In this document: positions 19,784 to 28,284 of the stretch, in pieces | How positions within the stretch are numbered: position 1 is the first letter of the stretch | Layout: every line of letters starts with the position of its first letter | NCBI GenBank assembly: GCA_964469915.1 | Contig: CAYXZT010000001.1 | Span: 29,938 to 92,337 of the forward strand | Direction: 5' to 3' | Length of the DNA stretch: 62,400 bases | Source: an uncultured Gammaproteobacteria bacterium | GTDB taxonomy: Bacteria; Pseudomonadota; Gammaproteobacteria; Magnimaribacterales; D2472 | Position numbers and translations under genes: made by a program | Notes under the pieces: generated by a model | Told to the model about the DNA's origin: nothing | Database searches by the model: none | Seen by the model: only the letters and a program-made list of their open reading frames with translations

Positions 19784-21217
19784 ATGAAAATACTTAAATT
19801 ATTTACTATCTTCTTGTTATGCACCTTTGTTCAAGGTCAAACCTTTGAAAAGAAAGATATTTTATTACCTGAGCTTGGTGACAGAGTATCTGGTGCTGTA
19901 TCTTCTGATCAAGAAAGAGCAATCGGTAATGCTTTTTTAAAACAAATATATGCACAAGCAAGAACTATTTCTGATCCTTTAATATATGAATATACTGAAC
20001 TATTAATTTATAGGCTTTCAGAATACAGCCAAGTCCAGGACCGTTACTTCAATATCATCTTGATTGATGATAGCAATTTAAATGCATTCGCAGCTCCTGG
20101 AGGAATAATTGGTGTAAATGGTGGTTTATTTTTAAATGCTGATAATGAAGGTCAATTTGCATCAGTATTATCTCATGAGCTTGCTCATTTGAGCCAAAGG
20201 CATTTTGCTAGAAACGTTTTAAAATCGCAAGATTCTAATCTTGCATCAGCATTATTATTGGTTTCATCTATTGCAGTCGCTATTTTAAGCAATAATCCTC
20301 AAGCCATAGCGATGGCACCAGCTCTCATGCAGAGTGAAAGTTTGAGGTATAGCAGGCTTTTTGAAAGAGAGGCAGACAGAGTTGGATTTACAAATTTAAT
20401 TAAGGCGGGTTATAACCCTAGGTCAATGGGAGAGATGTTCGAAAATATGAATGACCTTAGAAGACTTTCAGGAGATATACCTCCAGAGTTTTTATTAACT
20501 CACCCACTTTCAACCTCTAGGATTAATGATGCATTTAATGCTGCAGAAAGCTTGTCTGAAATTGGAACTAAAAAAAATTCACTTGAATTTTCTCTTATAA
20601 AATCAAGATTACAAATTTACTATGAAAATATACCAGAAAATGCATTAAGATCATTTTCCTCTGCGTATGAAGAAAACCCAACTGACTCAAACCTATATGG
20701 CCTTGCACTGGCCAACAATAATATTGGTAAATTTAATTTAAGTATTAAACAAATTGATAAGTTAATACAAAAATATCCAAAAAATTTATTCTTAAATACC
20801 TCAAAGGTTGAAATTTTAAAAGAAGCCAAACAATATGATGAGGCGCTTCTTTTAGCTAATAAGTTTTTGGAAATATCTCCAAAGAATTTCCCATTATCCA
20901 TAACAAAGTCAAAGCTCCTTCTTGAAATGGGTCTCTACTTTAAGTCTGAAGAAATTGTTAGAGATCAAATTTTAAGAAGAAATTCTGATCCTGATTTATG
21001 GTTATTACTTTCAGAAATACAAAGAACCAGTAAAAATATTATAGGCTATCATCAAAGCAGGGCTGAGTATCTTGTCTTATTGGGAAGAGACGAGGAAGCC
21101 TTAAATCAGTTAGAGTTTGCATTAAAGCTTACTAAGAATAATTTTCAAGCTTCAGAAAGCATACTAACAAAAATTGTCCTCATAAAAGAGCGTATTAATA
21201 AATCTAGAAATCTTTAA
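19784..21217 (+). CDS. bepA: Periplasmic M48 metalloprotease/chaperone BepA (YfgC)
   Basis: It has a signal peptide, the HExxH motif HELAHLSQRH and a C-terminal TPR domain. Confidence 0.85.
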   Translation: MKILKLFTIFLLCTFVQGQTFEKKDILLPELGDRVSGAVSSDQERAIGNAFLKQIYAQARTISDPLIYEYTELLIYRLSEYSQVQDRYFNIILIDDSNLNAFAAPGGIIGVNGGLFLNADNEGQFASVLSHELAHLSQRHFARNVLKSQDSNLASALLLVSSIAVAILSNNPQAIAMAPALMQSESLRYSRLFEREADRVGFTNLIKAGYNPRSMGEMFENMNDLRRLSGDIPPEFLLTHPLSTSRINDAFNAAESLSEIGTKKNSLEFSLIKSRLQIYYENIPENALRSFSSAYEENPTDSNLYGLALANNNIGKFNLSIKQIDKLIQKYPKNLFLNTSKVEILKEAKQYDEALLLANKFLEISPKNFPLSITKSKLLLEMGLYFKSEEIVRDQILRRNSDPDLWLLLSEIQRTSKNIIGYHQSRAEYLVLLGRDEEALNQLEFALKLTKNNFQASESILTKIVLIKERINKSRNL

Positions 21218-22454
21218 GCCTTTCATTTTTAGAAATCTTCAGACCTGCTAGTGATAAAACTCCAGCTATAGGGATAGCAATCAGAGGCATAGTACTAAAC
21301 CCAACACTAAAAAATTTGCCAAGGCCTATAAAACTACTTCCAGATAAATCACCAAGCCTTGAAACAAATGTATCTATAAATACTGATGACTTATACCTAT
21401 CATTTTTTGCAAGCGTACTATAAACAGTTTCACGTGTTGGCTTATTAAGACCATACTCAAACAACCTTAGAGTAACTGTTGCAACTGCAACGATTGTTAT
21501 TGATGGCATAGTTCCATAAAGAACGAAAACAAGCATAAAGAGTAAGCCATATGTCATTAAAATTTTCTTAACTCCAAGGTACTTGATAAATATATTGGTT
21601 AAGAATAATTGCATTATTAATGTCAAAGGTGTGACGATTTGCTCCAATAAACTAAAAAATACAATTCTTTCCTCTGGATCTTGAGACCAACCATCTATAA
21701 TTGTAATTGCCGTCATCCAGTGAACAGTCATTAGTCCTGTCCATATCCATACGTATATTGCTATAGACCGAATTTCTGAAACTTTAATAACATTCTTTAT
21801 TCCATCTAAGCCACTTCCACCAACATTTTTATCTTTTTGATTGTTTTCGGCTTTCGTAGTTAGGTACCTACCTGTGATCATTGCCAAGGAAAGCAGAATA
21901 GTTGCTGATAAGCAAAAAAGCTCAAGCCCAAAATCATTGAAAGATGATGCAAACCTTTTAGATATTTCAGAACCAAAAAGTGCACCCAATGAACCTCCCG
22001 CCATTATGACTCCATAAAAACTTCTTGATTTTGCATTTCTATATATATTTATTATTAACACCCAGAAAATTGAAACAACAAAGAAAGAATATATGTTGCA
22101 CCAGATATAAAAAATTCTTCCAAGCCAAACCGAATCCCCTAAATCAAGAACTCTCCATGAGAAAAGAAAGAGTAATAAATTTAAAATTAAAAATGAATAA
22201 CAGTAAGTAATTATTTTCTTTAGATTAGATTTTGATGCAACCCACGCATAAACTGGATTAGCCAACAGCATTGCCAAAGCACCAAATGCTAAAAGCAAAG
22301 GCAATTCGTCAACGTTAGCTACTGCCATCTCATTACGAACAGGTCGAAGAATATACCATGATGATAAAACTAAAAAGAAAAGAAAACTCGCAAGCAGGGA
22401 GTCCTTTGTAAATACGGAGATAAATCTATTAAAAAAAATTTTAAGATTTTGCAT
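21204..22454 (-). CDS. Polytopic MFS-like transporter with an N-terminal signature resembling the ATP:ADP antiporter-like (COG3202/TLC-related) family; substrate unknown
   Basis: The 416-aa protein has about 11-12 predicted TM helices. The motif WYILRPVRNEMAV in TM1 recalls the YxLRPxRD/E signature of that family. Family assignment is from memory only. Confidence 0.45.
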   Translation of the reverse strand: MQNLKIFFNRFISVFTKDSLLASFLFFLVLSSWYILRPVRNEMAVANVDELPLLLAFGALAMLLANPVYAWVASKSNLKKIITYCYSFLILNLLLFLFSWRVLDLGDSVWLGRIFYIWCNIYSFFVVSIFWVLIINIYRNAKSRSFYGVIMAGGSLGALFGSEISKRFASSFNDFGLELFCLSATILLSLAMITGRYLTTKAENNQKDKNVGGSGLDGIKNVIKVSEIRSIAIYVWIWTGLMTVHWMTAITIIDGWSQDPEERIVFFSLLEQIVTPLTLIMQLFLTNIFIKYLGVKKILMTYGLLFMLVFVLYGTMPSITIVAVATVTLRLFEYGLNKPTRETVYSTLAKNDRYKSSVFIDTFVSRLGDLSGSSFIGLGKFFSVGFSTMPLIAIPIAGVLSLAGLKISKNERLKDF

Positions 22455-22474
22455 ACTGTATTATGCACTAAGAG

Positions 22475-22550
22475 TGGTGGGTCGCACAGGATTCGAACCT
22501 GTGACCAATTGGTTAAAAGCCAACTGCTCTACCAGCTGAGCTAGCGACCC
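22475..22550 (-). tRNA. tRNA-Lys (anticodon UUU), with encoded CCA
   Basis: Reverse complement: GGGTCGCTAGCTCAGCTGGTAGAGCAGTTGGCTTTTAACCAATTGGTCACAGGTTCGAATCCTGTGCGACCCACCA. Acceptor stem GGGTCGC/GCGACCC, D stem GCTC/GAGC, anticodon loop CTTTTAA, T stem ACAGG/CCTGT with TTCGAAT loop. Confidence 0.95.
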
Positions 22551-22574
22551 ACGGTTATGCATAAAAAAGTGTGA

Positions 22575-23225
22575 TTATTCCATATTTTTCAATAACTGCA
22601 AGGCCAAAGATGAAGCAGTATCATTTGGGTATTCTCTTACAACGAAATTATATTTCTCTTTTGCTTTAGTTAGCTCATTCTTCTTAAGAAATATGTCACC
22701 CATTTTTTTATGAGCTAGGGGAACTCTATAGTGTTCGGGGTAGGATAAGATCAGCTCCATAAAAAAATTTTGAGAAGCATCTAAATTATTTTGAATAAAA
22801 GAAATCTCTCCAAGCCAAAAGTAAGATATTGCCTTCTTATCACTATCATTAAAGTTTTCAATAAAATATGAAAAAAGAGTAAAAGCTTTTTCTATGTCTT
22901 GATCCTCAAGAGCTTTCACAGCCCCCTCAAAGACATCTTCTTTGCTTTGAACATCTTCCATACCTTTAAATCTCAGGTTGCCTGTCAGAGGAAGTGTGTT
23001 AGGTGTATTTATTTCATCTACAGAAACTGACTCTTTGATAAGTTTTTGAATAAGATACTCTTGGGATTCAACTTTATTTCTTAAATCTGCAATCTCAACT
23101 TCAAGTTCTTGAATTTTAAGAAATAATATATCTTCTGGTAAGGTTTCTGTGTCATCAGCATGAGCTGCATATGCTGAAAAAAAAAGAACAAATAAAAATG
23201 AAGGTGCTATTAATAACTCTTTCAT
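22575..23225 (-). CDS. cpoB: Cell division coordinator CpoB (YbgF)
   Basis: It has a signal peptide, an N-terminal coiled coil and a C-terminal TPR domain. It is the last gene of the tol-pal cluster. Confidence 0.8.
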   Translation of the reverse strand: MKELLIAPSFLFVLFFSAYAAHADDTETLPEDILFLKIQELEVEIADLRNKVESQEYLIQKLIKESVSVDEINTPNTLPLTGNLRFKGMEDVQSKEDVFEGAVKALEDQDIEKAFTLFSYFIENFNDSDKKAISYFWLGEISFIQNNLDASQNFFMELILSYPEHYRVPLAHKKMGDIFLKKNELTKAKEKYNFVVREYPNDTASSLALQLLKNME

Positions 23226-23227
23226 TT

Positions 23228-23731
23228 TTAATTAATTTCTACTCTCCTATTTTTTGCATAACTTACTTCATCATTACCTGATGCCAACGGTCTTTCCTCA
23301 CCATAGCTTTTAACTGATATTCGTGATGGTGTAATTCCGTTTAACAAAAAGTAGTTTCTAACTGATTCTGCTCTTCTTTGACCAAGTGCTAGGTTGTATT
23401 CTCTTGTACCTCTTTCATCTGCATGACCAGCTAAAATTATTTTAAGTTCAATGTTTGCATTCATAACAGACACAACACTTTTAAGAGTTTGAATTGATTT
23501 GGAGGTCAAATTGTAGCTATCGAATTCAAAAAAAACCGTTGCATTAGCAAAAATAGCTTTTGTTTCATAGTCTAAATCTTTTACTTCAACAACAGAAGCT
23601 TCAACAGTTTTAATTCCGCCATCATAAACCCTCTCCTCGGTGACGTTCATACTTGAACATGATGATAGAAATATTATAAATGCAGATGCAAATAAAAAAT
23701 TTTGAATACCTTTGCTATTTATTATTGACAT
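23228..23731 (-). CDS. pal: Peptidoglycan-associated lipoprotein Pal
   Basis: Lipobox LSSCSS and an OmpA-like domain ending in NRRVEIN. An AGGAG SD lies upstream. Confidence 0.92.
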   Translation of the reverse strand: MSIINSKGIQNFLFASAFIIFLSSCSSMNVTEERVYDGGIKTVEASVVEVKDLDYETKAIFANATVFFEFDSYNLTSKSIQTLKSVVSVMNANIELKIILAGHADERGTREYNLALGQRRAESVRNYFLLNGITPSRISVKSYGEERPLASGNDEVSYAKNRRVEIN

Positions 23732-23746
23732 AAAATCTCCTTGTTA

Positions 23747-25021
23747 TTACCTTAAAAAACCTGACCACGCTGGCTCCCTTACTTCACCTTTTTTGGCAGG
23801 AAGTCTAAATCTAGCACCGCTGAGTGTAAGTCCTGATAGCAGACTTTCACCGTTTTCAGTTACAGCATAGATTATCACATTACCGTTAGGAGAAATACTA
23901 GGAGATTCATCTAATTTGGACTCAGTTAATGGCCTAATAAAGTTTTCATTAAAATACTTAAGAGCTATTTTGAAATCATTATTAGACCTGTGAACAAATA
24001 TTATCCCATCACCGTTTTTAAGATAAGATCCTTTTGCATTATAGTTGCCTTCAAATGTAATTCTTTTGGGTTTTGAATTAAATCTACTAAGTTTGATTTC
24101 ATACAACTGCGGTGACCCAGATCTGCCAGAGGTAAACATGATACTTGATCCGTCTGGAGACCATGATGATTCAGTATCTATTGAATAATGATTTGTTAAT
24201 CTTGTTAAATTGTTATTTTTTAGATTAAGAATATATATTTCTGCATTTCCGTCTTGATACATTGTCAAAGATAGAAAATTTCCATTTGGCGACCATGCAG
24301 GTGAGCTTATTTGTTTTGTGTTCTGTATCGCAACCCTTCTCTTTCCAGAAGATATATTTTGTATATATACCCTTGCTATTCCAGTCTCAAAGGAGACATA
24401 TGCAATTTCTTTTGAATCAGGAGACCATGCAGGTGAAATAATAGGTTCATAGCTTTTTAAAAGTATCTGCTCATTAGCCCCATCTGCATCAGCAACTACA
24501 AGCTGATAAAGTGACTTATTATTTTCTTCTTGCTCAGATACATACAGAATTTTTGTTGAAGCAACACCTTTTAAACCAGTAACTTCTTCATAAATTCCAT
24601 CACTTATATAATGAGCTAATTGTTTAATTTTATTTGGTATGCCTAAGACTTTTGATGTTCTAATTTTATTTTCGTTTAAGACGCTAAAAATTTGATACGA
24701 GACTGATAAATTAAATTGATCTTCTGAATCAAGAGCACCTATTACAATATAATCAATATTAAGTAATTTAAAATCGTTAAAATTTATCTCTTCCTCGCTC
24801 TTGGGAGAAGATAACAATTTTTCTTTACTTATTATTTTAAATTCTCCAGTTCTATTAAGATCATTGTTAACTATTTCAGTTATTTGTTTAGCAATTATTT
24901 CGTCACCATCAAAATCTAGCAAAGCAATCACATAGGGATCATCTGATCCTTGAGTTATTTCTAAAACAAGCTCAGCAAAGATTAATTGTGGTAAAAGAAA
25001 TATTACTAGTATTTTTTTCAT
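23747..25021 (-). CDS. tolB: Tol-Pal system beta-propeller protein TolB
   Basis: Signal peptide and repeated propeller motifs SPAWSPDS / SPAWSPNG / SWSPDG. ATGA overlap with tolA. Confidence 0.95.
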   Translation of the reverse strand: MKKILVIFLLPQLIFAELVLEITQGSDDPYVIALLDFDGDEIIAKQITEIVNNDLNRTGEFKIISKEKLLSSPKSEEEINFNDFKLLNIDYIVIGALDSEDQFNLSVSYQIFSVLNENKIRTSKVLGIPNKIKQLAHYISDGIYEEVTGLKGVASTKILYVSEQEENNKSLYQLVVADADGANEQILLKSYEPIISPAWSPDSKEIAYVSFETGIARVYIQNISSGKRRVAIQNTKQISSPAWSPNGNFLSLTMYQDGNAEIYILNLKNNNLTRLTNHYSIDTESSWSPDGSSIMFTSGRSGSPQLYEIKLSRFNSKPKRITFEGNYNAKGSYLKNGDGIIFVHRSNNDFKIALKYFNENFIRPLTESKLDESPSISPNGNVIIYAVTENGESLLSGLTLSGARFRLPAKKGEVREPAWSGFLR

Positions 25022-25635
25022 GATGGGTTAAAGGTAATAACAATTTTTTTAAAATTGTCTGCATATAAATTGTTAGGAATTTTATTATAAAAATTAAATG
25101 ATTCAACTCTATTAACAGCTTTCATTGCCGAATTATCGAATCTAATATTGCCACTACTTTTTATTAGACTTACAGAAATTATTCTTCCATTTCTATTAAC
25201 AACCAATCTTAGATCACAGACTAACCCATCTTGTATATTTTTAGGTTTTACCCATGCCGATTCAACCATATTTATAATCATGCTGCTTATTTGATTAATC
25301 TCTTTTTCTGAACTAGATGCTATCTCAGCTTTATCTATTTTAATGAGATCATTTATGCTTATATTAATCTCATCTGTGTTAGTTGGTTTGATGTCTTGTT
25401 CTATATTTATGTCTTTATCAACTACCTGATTCACACTTGGCACTTTCACAGCTTCTGGTAACTTTTTAGGTTTTATGATTTCCTCTTCAAAAATAAGATT
25501 TACATCTACTGTCTGGCTTAGAACTGGACGAATTTGTTTTTCGGAATAAAAGAAGTCCATTAAATACAGAATAATTAGTGCATGAATTAAAAATGAAAAA
25601 AAAGATGCTATTAGATATTCAGATTTAACTTCCAT
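25018..25635 (-). CDS. tolA: Tol-Pal system protein TolA (short form)
   Basis: It has an N-terminal TM helix, a short charged linker and a TonB/TolA-type C-terminal domain. It sits between tolR and tolB. Length is only 205 aa. Confidence 0.7.
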   Translation of the reverse strand: MEVKSEYLIASFFSFLIHALIILYLMDFFYSEKQIRPVLSQTVDVNLIFEEEIIKPKKLPEAVKVPSVNQVVDKDINIEQDIKPTNTDEINISINDLIKIDKAEIASSSEKEINQISSMIINMVESAWVKPKNIQDGLVCDLRLVVNRNGRIISVSLIKSSGNIRFDNSAMKAVNRVESFNFYNKIPNNLYADNFKKIVITFNPS

Positions 25636-26047
25636 AACCAGTGGTAACTATTCCTATTTTTGATATTCCTATACTTTGTATTGCTGCCATAGCTTTTGCC
25701 ACACTATCAAAAGTTACATCCTTGTCACTTTGAAAGACCACCTCAATATCAGGATTGGCATCAAAAATTACCATCGACTTTCTTTTTAGTTCATCAATAC
25801 TAATGGGAAGAACTTCTTCTCCGATATTTAAATAATATTTACCTTTGCTATCTATTGATATAACCAGCGGTTCATTTTGAACACTCATTTTAGTGGTATC
25901 TGTTTTAGGTAGGTTTACTTCAATACCTTGAATTAGTAATGGTGAAAGCACCATAAAGATAATGAGCAATACCAACATCACATCGATATAAGGCACAACA
26001 TTGATTTCAGCTTTAAGAGTTTTCTTCTTTGCTAATCTATAAATCAT
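25625..26047 (-). CDS. tolR: Tol-Pal system protein TolR (ExbD family)
   Basis: The 140-aa protein has the ExbD/TolR N-terminus (EINVVPYIDVMLVLLIIFMV). ATGA overlap with tolQ. Confidence 0.9.
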   Translation of the reverse strand: MIYRLAKKKTLKAEINVVPYIDVMLVLLIIFMVLSPLLIQGIEVNLPKTDTTKMSVQNEPLVISIDSKGKYYLNIGEEVLPISIDELKRKSMVIFDANPDIEVVFQSDKDVTFDSVAKAMAAIQSIGISKIGIVTTGYGS

Positions 26048-26718
26048 TTATTTTTTATAGATTGTTTATAAAAAATACTCGCCAACTCTTCAGAAAAAAT
26101 TAAGGTGGATTGACTCATAGTTTCAAGCTCAGAGGTGTATTTATTAAAAGCAATAACTGCTGGTATAGCGGCGAATAAACCCATAGCAGTAGCTACAAGT
26201 GCCTCAGATATGCCTGGAGCTACTGCATTGATTGTTGCTTGCGTAGCATCAGATAAGCCTTGAAATGAGGTCATAATACCCCAGACCGTCCCCAAAAGAC
26301 CAACATAAGGGCTAACAGATCCCACGTTAGCTAAAAATGGTAGATGCTTATTCATCTCCTCTTCATCTGCTGCAATAGCTACCCTCATACATCTATTTAT
26401 TCCTTCTAAATCTAGCTCAGTGATGGTCTCGTTTGGGTTTAATTGTTTAAACTCCTTAAAAGCACTATGAAAAACACCCAGAGAGCCATAAAGTAAAGTG
26501 CTCTCAGCTTCAATTTCATCAAATAAGGTATTTAGGTCCTCGCCATTCCAAAACCTATTGTGGAAACTTGTATTAATATCTTTGATTTTTTTATAGAAGT
26601 TATATCTCTCAACTATAACTATCCATGTTAATAGTGACGCAAGAAGTAAAAGCATCATTACAATTTTTACAACTATTCCAGCTTCAAGAAAGAGATTTAA
26701 TACAGAAATATCATTCAT
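26044..26718 (-). CDS. tolQ: Tol-Pal system protein TolQ (MotA/ExbB family)
   Basis: A 224-aa, three-TM protein with the conserved C-terminal channel helices (GLLGTVWGIM...ISEALVATAMGL). Confidence 0.93.
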   Translation of the reverse strand: MNDISVLNLFLEAGIVVKIVMMLLLLASLLTWIVIVERYNFYKKIKDINTSFHNRFWNGEDLNTLFDEIEAESTLLYGSLGVFHSAFKEFKQLNPNETITELDLEGINRCMRVAIAADEEEMNKHLPFLANVGSVSPYVGLLGTVWGIMTSFQGLSDATQATINAVAPGISEALVATAMGLFAAIPAVIAFNKYTSELETMSQSTLIFSEELASIFYKQSIKNK

Positions 26719-27138
26719 TTAATTTTCCTCATTTAGTAACAATAATAAATCATCGGGCAAAGGTTTTGGTTTTTTTGATTTAATGTTAATTAAGCATACT
26801 TCAACCAAAGCATTGCACAGCTCTCTTGTGTCATTTAAATCAACTATATGTTGATTAAATATTAAGCGGGCATTAGATTTTTTTTCAATTAAAGACTTTA
26901 CTGCCAAAGCGTCTCCAAGCCTACCTGGAGAAAGAAAATTTGTCTCAATTCGTTTAACAACAAATACAAGATTTTCTTCTCTTAGTTTTTTTTGAGAAAT
27001 ATTATTATATTCAAGAAATTCCGATCGAGCTCTTTCAAAGAATTTAATATAATTTGCATGATATACAAAACCTTGGAAGTCTGTGTCCTCTACATATACT
27101 TTTAATTGTAAATCCTTAGGCTTGAAAGTTGTTTTCAT
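26719..27138 (-). CDS. ybgC: Tol-Pal-associated acyl-CoA thioesterase YbgC (4HBT hotdog fold)
   Basis: The motif YVEDTDFQGFVYHANY parallels E. coli YYEDTDAGGVVYHARY. I start at the ATG at 27138 (MKTTFKPKDL...); the track's longer N-terminus has no homology support. Confidence 0.88.
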   Translation of the reverse strand: MKTTFKPKDLQLKVYVEDTDFQGFVYHANYIKFFERARSEFLEYNNISQKKLREENLVFVVKRIETNFLSPGRLGDALAVKSLIEKKSNARLIFNQHIVDLNDTRELCNALVEVCLINIKSKKPKPLPDDLLLLLNEEN

Positions 27139-27541
27139 GAAGCTCAATATCTTTTTGAAATAATTCCAGCAAGATTTGGATAAAGTCAGGCCACAACAAA
27201 TCAACTGTTACTAAAGTGTTTTTAATTTCTTTATTTATCGACGAGGCCAAAATTCTTACCTTAATTGGCCTATTATTAAATTTATAAACCAATGCCGGTT
27301 TTAAATCTGCTCCTTTTGAAGATGCTAAGACTTGATCCCACCAATCAGGCCTTGGCTCAGCACCTGTTCCATAAGCTTTGCATTCTATGCACCAATTACC
27401 TAGCATAAGATCTGGGAGTTCTTTTGTTCTAGTTTGCTCAAGTATTCTTTTAACTGGGTTTGTTAAGTTAAGATCATTAATAAGCGCATTTGCAATTTGT
27501 CTTTCAAAAGTTGCGCCTTTATTTCGTGAGTTTATAGTCAA
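27116..27541 (-). CDS. Minimal PD-(D/E)XK nuclease, Hjc / VRR-NUC-like (putative Holliday junction resolvase)
   Basis: The 141-aa protein has KGATFERQIANAL (helix-1 Glu), then ELPDL, then WCIECK (D...ExK). This lines up with my recollection of Pyrococcus Hjc: KGAQAERELIKLL...VDL...CIEVK. The TTG start lies 3 nt after the yebC stop, and the 3' end overlaps ybgC by 23 nt. Confidence 0.6.
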   Translation of the reverse strand: MTINSRNKGATFERQIANALINDLNLTNPVKRILEQTRTKELPDLMLGNWCIECKAYGTGAEPRPDWWDQVLASSKGADLKPALVYKFNNRPIKVRILASSINKEIKNTLVTVDLLWPDFIQILLELFQKDIELHENNFQA

Positions 27542-27544
27542 TAT

Positions 27545-28282
27545 TTACTCTTTTAATTCAAAATTATCTGGAAATTCTGCATTAGTATGCACTTCTTGTA
27601 CATCATCAAGCTCGTCCATAAAGTCCATGATCTTTAAAACTTTTTCAGACATTTCTTGATCAATAGCTACTGATGTCTCTGCTCTCAAAGTAAGCTCTGC
27701 GTTAATATTATCTATACTATTATTTTTTAATGATTCAAGTACATTGCTTAAATTAGTACTTGAAGTAATGATTTCAAAATACTCTCCTTCATCGATAAGA
27801 TCGTCTGCACCGGACTCTAATACAATATCCATCAACTCTTCTTCTGAGGTACCTTTTGAAATATGAATTATTCCAATTTTATTAAAAAGATATGATACAG
27901 ATCCATCTGTACCAAGATTACCTCCAAATTTGGAAAAAGCATGACGCACATCAGAGACAGTTCTATTTCTATTATCTGACATAGTTTCTACCAATATTGC
28001 AACACCACCTGGCCCATACCCTTCAAAGATAATTTCTTCTAATGCGCCTGTTTCACCAGTACCAGAGCCTTTTTCTATAGCTCTTTTAATATTGTCTTTT
28101 GGCATATTTGCTGCATTAGCCTTATCTAAGGCCAATCTTAATCTAGGATTATCGTCAGGGTCGGGTCCGCCCTTTGCAGCAACAGTTATCTCTCTGATAA
28201 CTTTAGTCCAAACCTTGCCTCTCGATGCATCTTGACGAGCCTTTCTATGCTTAATATTCGCCCATTTGGAATGTCCTGCCAT
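27545..28282 (-). CDS. yebC: YebC/PmpR family DNA-binding regulator / translation factor
   Basis: Hallmark N-terminus MAGHSKWANIKHRKA in a 245-aa protein. Confidence 0.95.
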   Translation of the reverse strand: MAGHSKWANIKHRKARQDASRGKVWTKVIREITVAAKGGPDPDDNPRLRLALDKANAANMPKDNIKRAIEKGSGTGETGALEEIIFEGYGPGGVAILVETMSDNRNRTVSDVRHAFSKFGGNLGTDGSVSYLFNKIGIIHISKGTSEEELMDIVLESGADDLIDEGEYFEIITSSTNLSNVLESLKNNSIDNINAELTLRAETSVAIDQEMSEKVLKIMDFMDELDDVQEVHTNAEFPDNFELKE

Positions 28283-28284
28283 AT

